DNA from: a virus
Lineage: Duplodnaviria > Caudoviricetes
Length of the DNA: 27,962 bases
Direction: 5' to 3' (one strand)
IMG/VR virus record: IMGVR_UViG_3300038393_000379
Coordinates: 1 to 27,962 of that record
Below, piece after piece: positions 25,501-27,962 of the stretch. The position numbers were made by a program, and so were the translations under genes. The notes under the pieces were generated by a model. It was not told where the DNA came from and searched no databases. It saw nothing but the letters and a program-made list of their open reading frames with translations. The number at the start of each line of letters is the position of its first letter. The stretch's first letter is position 1.

Positions 25501-27962
25501 AGCTCGGCGTATCACAGCCTCGGAATGGCTGTCGCATCGCGCGACGGCAGTCCGTTTGCCGAGGGTCGCGCCGACTTCAACCCAGCGAAAATGGCTTCGG
25601 AGGCGCTACTCGCCGTTGGCATTCCCGGCCTGCGCTACCTCGATGGCGGCAGCCGCGGCATGGGCGGCGAAGGTTCACACAACTACGTGATATGGGACGA
25701 GAGCGCCATCGGCGAGCCGCGCACGTTCTATCAGTCCGCCGTTCCGCCCGAGGATGAAATCGCACGGCTGCGCGCGAAGATCGCCGCGCTCGAAAAGGAG
25801 CTGCGCACCGACGCGCTCACCGGCATGCGCAACCAGCGCGCGTTCGACGAGGATGCAGCGCTCGGCTGGCCGAGCGTGGCCGCCGCCGACATGGACGGCC
25901 TCAAGCGCCTGAACGATGCCATCGGCCACGAGGCCGCCGACGCCGTGCTGCGCAGCCTGGGCGGCGTCCTGCTCGCCAGCGAGACCGAGGGCGTGCGCTT
26001 CTACCGCCGCAGCGGCGACGAGTTCGCCGCGCGCTTCCAGAACCCGGACGATGCCGAGCGCATCATGGCCGCGCTGCAGCAGCGCCTCGAGGACGTTGCA
26101 ATCGACCTCGACGTGGCCGATGCTGCCGGCAAAGTCCGTCACCTCACCTATGAAGGGATTGGCCTGAGCTATGGCACCGGACCCGACTACGAACGCGCCG
26201 ACGCCGCCGCCAGCGTCAACAAGCGAGACCGCCTCGCCGCCGGCATCCGCGAAGAAGCCCGTACCGATGGGCAGCCTCGCCGACTTCAGCCCCGCGGACC
26301 TGCGGGGCGGGACAGTGGTGGGGGTGAAGGTGCGGGATCGCCGGACACCACCGGCCAAGTAAACGACGAGACCCCGCCCACCGGCGGGGTTTCTGCTTCT
26401 GGCGACCTGCACCAGCCCGACGGCGCGGGCGCGCCGCGTGGCCGCCTGCGCATCGGCGCCGACCGCAGCATGGCGATCGACCTGTTCCGCGGCGCGGACC
26501 TATCGACGTTCCTGCACGAGTCGGGCCATTTCTTCCTCGAGGTAATGCAGGACGCCGCGGCGGGTTCGCCCGAAGTCGCGGCCGATCTCGACCGCGTGCG
26601 CGCCTGGGTGGGCAACACCGGCGAGGCCTTCACCGAGGAGCAGCACGAGCAATTCGCGCGCGGCTTCGAGGCCTATCTGCGCGAGGGCAAGGCGCCGGCG
26701 CCGGAACTGCGCGGCATGTTCGGCCGCTTCCGCGCGTGGCTGTGGTCGGTCTATCGCGACCTGCGCCAGCTGAACGTCTCGCTCACCGACGAGGTGCGCG
26801 GCGTGTTCGATCGCATGCTCGCGACCGACGCCGAGATCGAGGCCGCACAGGCGAAGCAGGGCGTGCAGCCGATCGCGCTGGCCGACGAGGCGAAGGCGCT
26901 GCTGTCACCGGGCCAGTGGGAGGCCTACGTCGCGGCGACCGCCGAGGCGACCGAGGAGGCCCGCGCCGAGGTGCTGCAGAAGCTGCTGGCGGCGCACGCG
27001 CGCGAGGCGAAAGCCTGGTATCGCGAGCAGAAGGCCGCGGTGCGCGACGAGGTCGAGGCGGAATTCGAGGCAGTGCCGGCGGTGCGCGCCTGGCGCATCC
27101 TGGCGGGGCGGCAGACGGTCGATAAGGCAACGCCCCCGCCGGCGAAGGGCATGGTGCGGGTGTATCACGGCGGCGTCGACGGCCAGAGCGCGGATCATTC
27201 GCGCTGGTTCACGGCGAGCCTGCCGCGCGCCCAGGCATACGCCGACAAGGGCGTCGAAGGGAGCCGCGTCTACTACGTCGACCTGCCCGCCGATCACCCG
27301 CTCGTCGCACCGGAGTACGAAGGGCAGGGCATCCTCGACGGCGCCGATTGGGTGGGCGAACTGCCGTTCGAGATCGCGCGCCAGCGTCGCCCCTTCGTCG
27401 AGGCCGACTCGCCGATCGCCGGCCTGCGTCTCGACCGACAGGCGCTGGTCGACGCCTACGGCGAGCAGTGGGTTAAGGAGAAGCTGCTCAAGCTCGGCGT
27501 GTACCGCAAAGAGGGCGGCGTGCATCCGGACACCGCGGCTGCGGCGCTCGGCTTCCCGTCCGGAGACGCGCTGGTGAAGGCATTGGCCGAGGTCCGCGAC
27601 CTGCAGGCGCGCATCGCGCAGGAGGTCGACGACCGCATGCACGCGCGCCATCCGGATCCCGCGCTCGACGGCTCGCTGCCCGATCTCGCCATGCGCGCGG
27701 TCCACAACAACGCGCGGGTGAAGGTGCTCGAGGCCGAGCAGGCGATCCTGGCCACGTTGGCGAACCAGCCGGCGCCCCCGGCGCGCTTGGTGCGCGAGTA
27801 CGCCCGGCGCAAGGTCGCCGCGCTCACGGTGCGCGAGGTGCGCCCGAACGACTACCTGGCGGCCGAGCGGCGCGCCGCGGCCGCGGTGGCCAAGGCGGCC
27901 GCGCAGGGCGACTATGCCGAGGCCCTGCAGCACAAGCGCGCCCAGGCGCTGCAGGCGGCGCT
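22504..27962 (+). CDS. Giant internal virion / polyvalent protein (partial, >1800 aa): ART-like, GGDEF, HExxH peptidase-like and second ART-like domains
   Basis: Not in the ORF track (no stop in window). GGAGGT RBS at 22493-22498 and TTG 22504 overlapping the upstream TGA. Manual translation (MIDPSKLSAFLDEQ...) has no stop to the edge. Motifs: FHGSPHHFDRF 24868, DALTG 25810, SGDEF 26011, HESGH 26515, VRVYHGG 27154. Confidence 0.9.
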   Translation, partial: MIDPSKLSAFLDEQDTERARAAAVAAPPVAPAQMGRALTLSQQTGAPALAVADALPDFEAQAHRDAVAQAATDSPAFARWHQAPEHAALAQGEASKLGLLASTLEAFNSLRGGYVRPIADAIGRGLARARLGTAFQQSDASMLASTAQVASDYLDQPRQALAGVLHPLGIDYGDPLYTQRAADATAFAAHEASADLQQTMQAVGARPTARDVLHNPFTALEQGVAYYGTRQAASAPALAFLLGTRDPHAAALLMGVPTGAQTYSDLRGQGVSMPVATVAGLGTGAAEVLGEEVGLEGLLKRPLTNAVTRGIAVEAGQEGVTQAMQDEIEAQASGKPLTLGERIGNVFDAMALGGGTGATITGARALLTREAAPTVDGLANLAGAAEGSRRIADVVQQVADLGLGKHSPEALRALAQEAASDAPVYLAADQARALFQSERASADAFVGDLTGDHNALREAEASGGDLVIPLSTFVAKVATLPNAAEIAKHTRLSADHLSRAELENEAALNERLASLFGDTADAAGRAQPETAQADTSDKVTQDVLGMLLATDRYKPADAELQAKLVGRVFGRMAERTGQDAFDLYSRYQLRINGQGGRQGRPNTLDPRTDAVLTAARTGAIPEGRDLFGTSLVQALVAQGGVQDEGGDLRSFDALKSRPGLINKNGMPLDAAREWAVEAGYLRDHGAEQGGVTTSDINDLLDAIDSELRGNPVFSEQNADPKAQAFANEARDLQRAIDEHPALRDMSASEFQALSNQELHDLLFAPEDTAEPSLLQKAFGKVKALFQPAFHGSPHHFDRFSLQHIGTGEGAQVYGWGMYFASRRDVAEYYREGLSAQYRTGEEMQWNGKTAEQHYEAAERRSDYGKMLVLERIMLHQPKRVIEQYFAEDADENQQSRDALAYLKSLPKEAFASTGGQLYQVDVPEDSDLLDWDKPLAEQPEKVKDALDRAGIYPNWRKQEALQRRIDAADTEEGTEEWRRLSDEMAKLRGEHGRGPAATGSSAYHSLGMAVASRDGSPFAEGRADFNPAKMASEALLAVGIPGLRYLDGGSRGMGGEGSHNYVIWDESAIGEPRTFYQSAVPPEDEIARLRAKIAALEKELRTDALTGMRNQRAFDEDAALGWPSVAAADMDGLKRLNDAIGHEAADAVLRSLGGVLLASETEGVRFYRRSGDEFAARFQNPDDAERIMAALQQRLEDVAIDLDVADAAGKVRHLTYEGIGLSYGTGPDYERADAAASVNKRDRLAAGIREEARTDGQPRRLQPRGPAGRDSGGGEGAGSPDTTGQVNDETPPTGGVSASGDLHQPDGAGAPRGRLRIGADRSMAIDLFRGADLSTFLHESGHFFLEVMQDAAAGSPEVAADLDRVRAWVGNTGEAFTEEQHEQFARGFEAYLREGKAPAPELRGMFGRFRAWLWSVYRDLRQLNVSLTDEVRGVFDRMLATDAEIEAAQAKQGVQPIALADEAKALLSPGQWEAYVAATAEATEEARAEVLQKLLAAHAREAKAWYREQKAAVRDEVEAEFEAVPAVRAWRILAGRQTVDKATPPPAKGMVRVYHGGVDGQSADHSRWFTASLPRAQAYADKGVEGSRVYYVDLPADHPLVAPEYEGQGILDGADWVGELPFEIARQRRPFVEADSPIAGLRLDRQALVDAYGEQWVKEKLLKLGVYRKEGGVHPDTAAAALGFPSGDALVKALAEVRDLQARIAQEVDDRMHARHPDPALDGSLPDLAMRAVHNNARVKVLEAEQAILATLANQPAPPARLVREYARRKVAALTVREVRPNDYLAAERRAAAAVAKAAAQGDYAEALQHKRAQALQAA
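26171..26362 (+). CDS. Nested out-of-frame small ORF (63 aa; alternative start 26267 gives 31 aa)
   Basis: +1 frame inside the giant gene, ending in TAA 5 nt before a terminator. Its 3' half has GC-ending codons while the main frame there is a low-complexity linker. Confidence 0.5.
   Translation: MAPDPTTNAPTPPPASTSETASPPASAKKPVPMGSLADFSPADLRGGTVVGVKVRDRRTPPAK
26368..26400 (+). terminator. Intragenic intrinsic terminator
   Basis: GAGACCCCGCC-CACC-GGCGGGGTTTC plus TGCTTCT; nearly the same stem as the terminator at 6157. Confidence 0.7.

Larger units (their letters stand above)
1..27962. mobile_element. Temperate podovirus (BPP-1/epsilon15-like morphogenesis); both ends lie outside the window
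   Basis: Continuous immunity, replication, nin, lysis, packaging, head, tail and ejection gene order with no host genes. Confidence 0.95.

Noticed and set aside
25810-26025. Cas10/Palm polymerase or Hypr (cGAMP-making) GGDEF
   Set aside because: The motif is SGDEF with DGC-specific DxLTG and ND..GH rather than GGDD, and the guanine-specifying Asp (GHEAAD) is retained where Hypr enzymes have Ser.
20276-27933. Long minus-strand track ORFs (20276..22648, 22483..23862, 24394..25515, 25675..26412, 26905..27933)
   Set aside because: Antisense shadows of the high-GC plus-strand virion genes; Arg/Ala-rich with no motifs or RBS.
1-27962. Diversity-generating retroelement, CRISPR array, integrase/att site or tRNA
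   Set aside because: BPP-1-like phages can carry a DGR, but I found no reverse transcriptase, TR/VR pair, repeat-spacer array, integrase or cloverleaf; tail fibre and integration modules lie outside the window.

Overview
The window is 28 kb of a high-GC temperate podovirus genome (prophage or free phage). Its morphogenesis genes are of the BPP-1/epsilon15 type, and the host is plausibly a Xanthomonadales-like proteobacterium (inferred from gene style only). Left to right: small leftward early genes; an immunity switch (cI-like repressor with no S24 autocleavage domain, cro, cII-like gene, paired 15-bp operators at OL and OR); a replication initiator with internal iterons; nin-type recombination and nuclease genes; a Q-like regulator with a late promoter and a highly structured ~390-nt leader; a lysis cassette (endolysin, holins, Rz/Rz1); terS, terL, portal, scaffold, major capsid and cement; adaptor, a nozzle split into two genes, GNAT-like and cupin genes; and three internal (ejection) virion proteins. 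The last of these is missing from the ORF track because it runs off the window. It starts at TTG 22504 and stays open for >1800 codons. By manual translation it is a polyvalent protein with an ADP-ribosyltransferase-like domain, an apparently intact GGDEF (SGDEF) diguanylate cyclase domain with no inhibitory site, an HExxH metallopeptidase-like core and a second small ART-like insert. An out-of-frame small ORF with its own intrinsic terminator is written inside it, overlapping the cyclase C-terminus and the following linker. The best candidate for a novel system is a virion-delivered c-di-GMP cyclase plus ART payload with a nested regulatory or antidote peptide. All domain calls come from motif recognition by eye; no searches were run.
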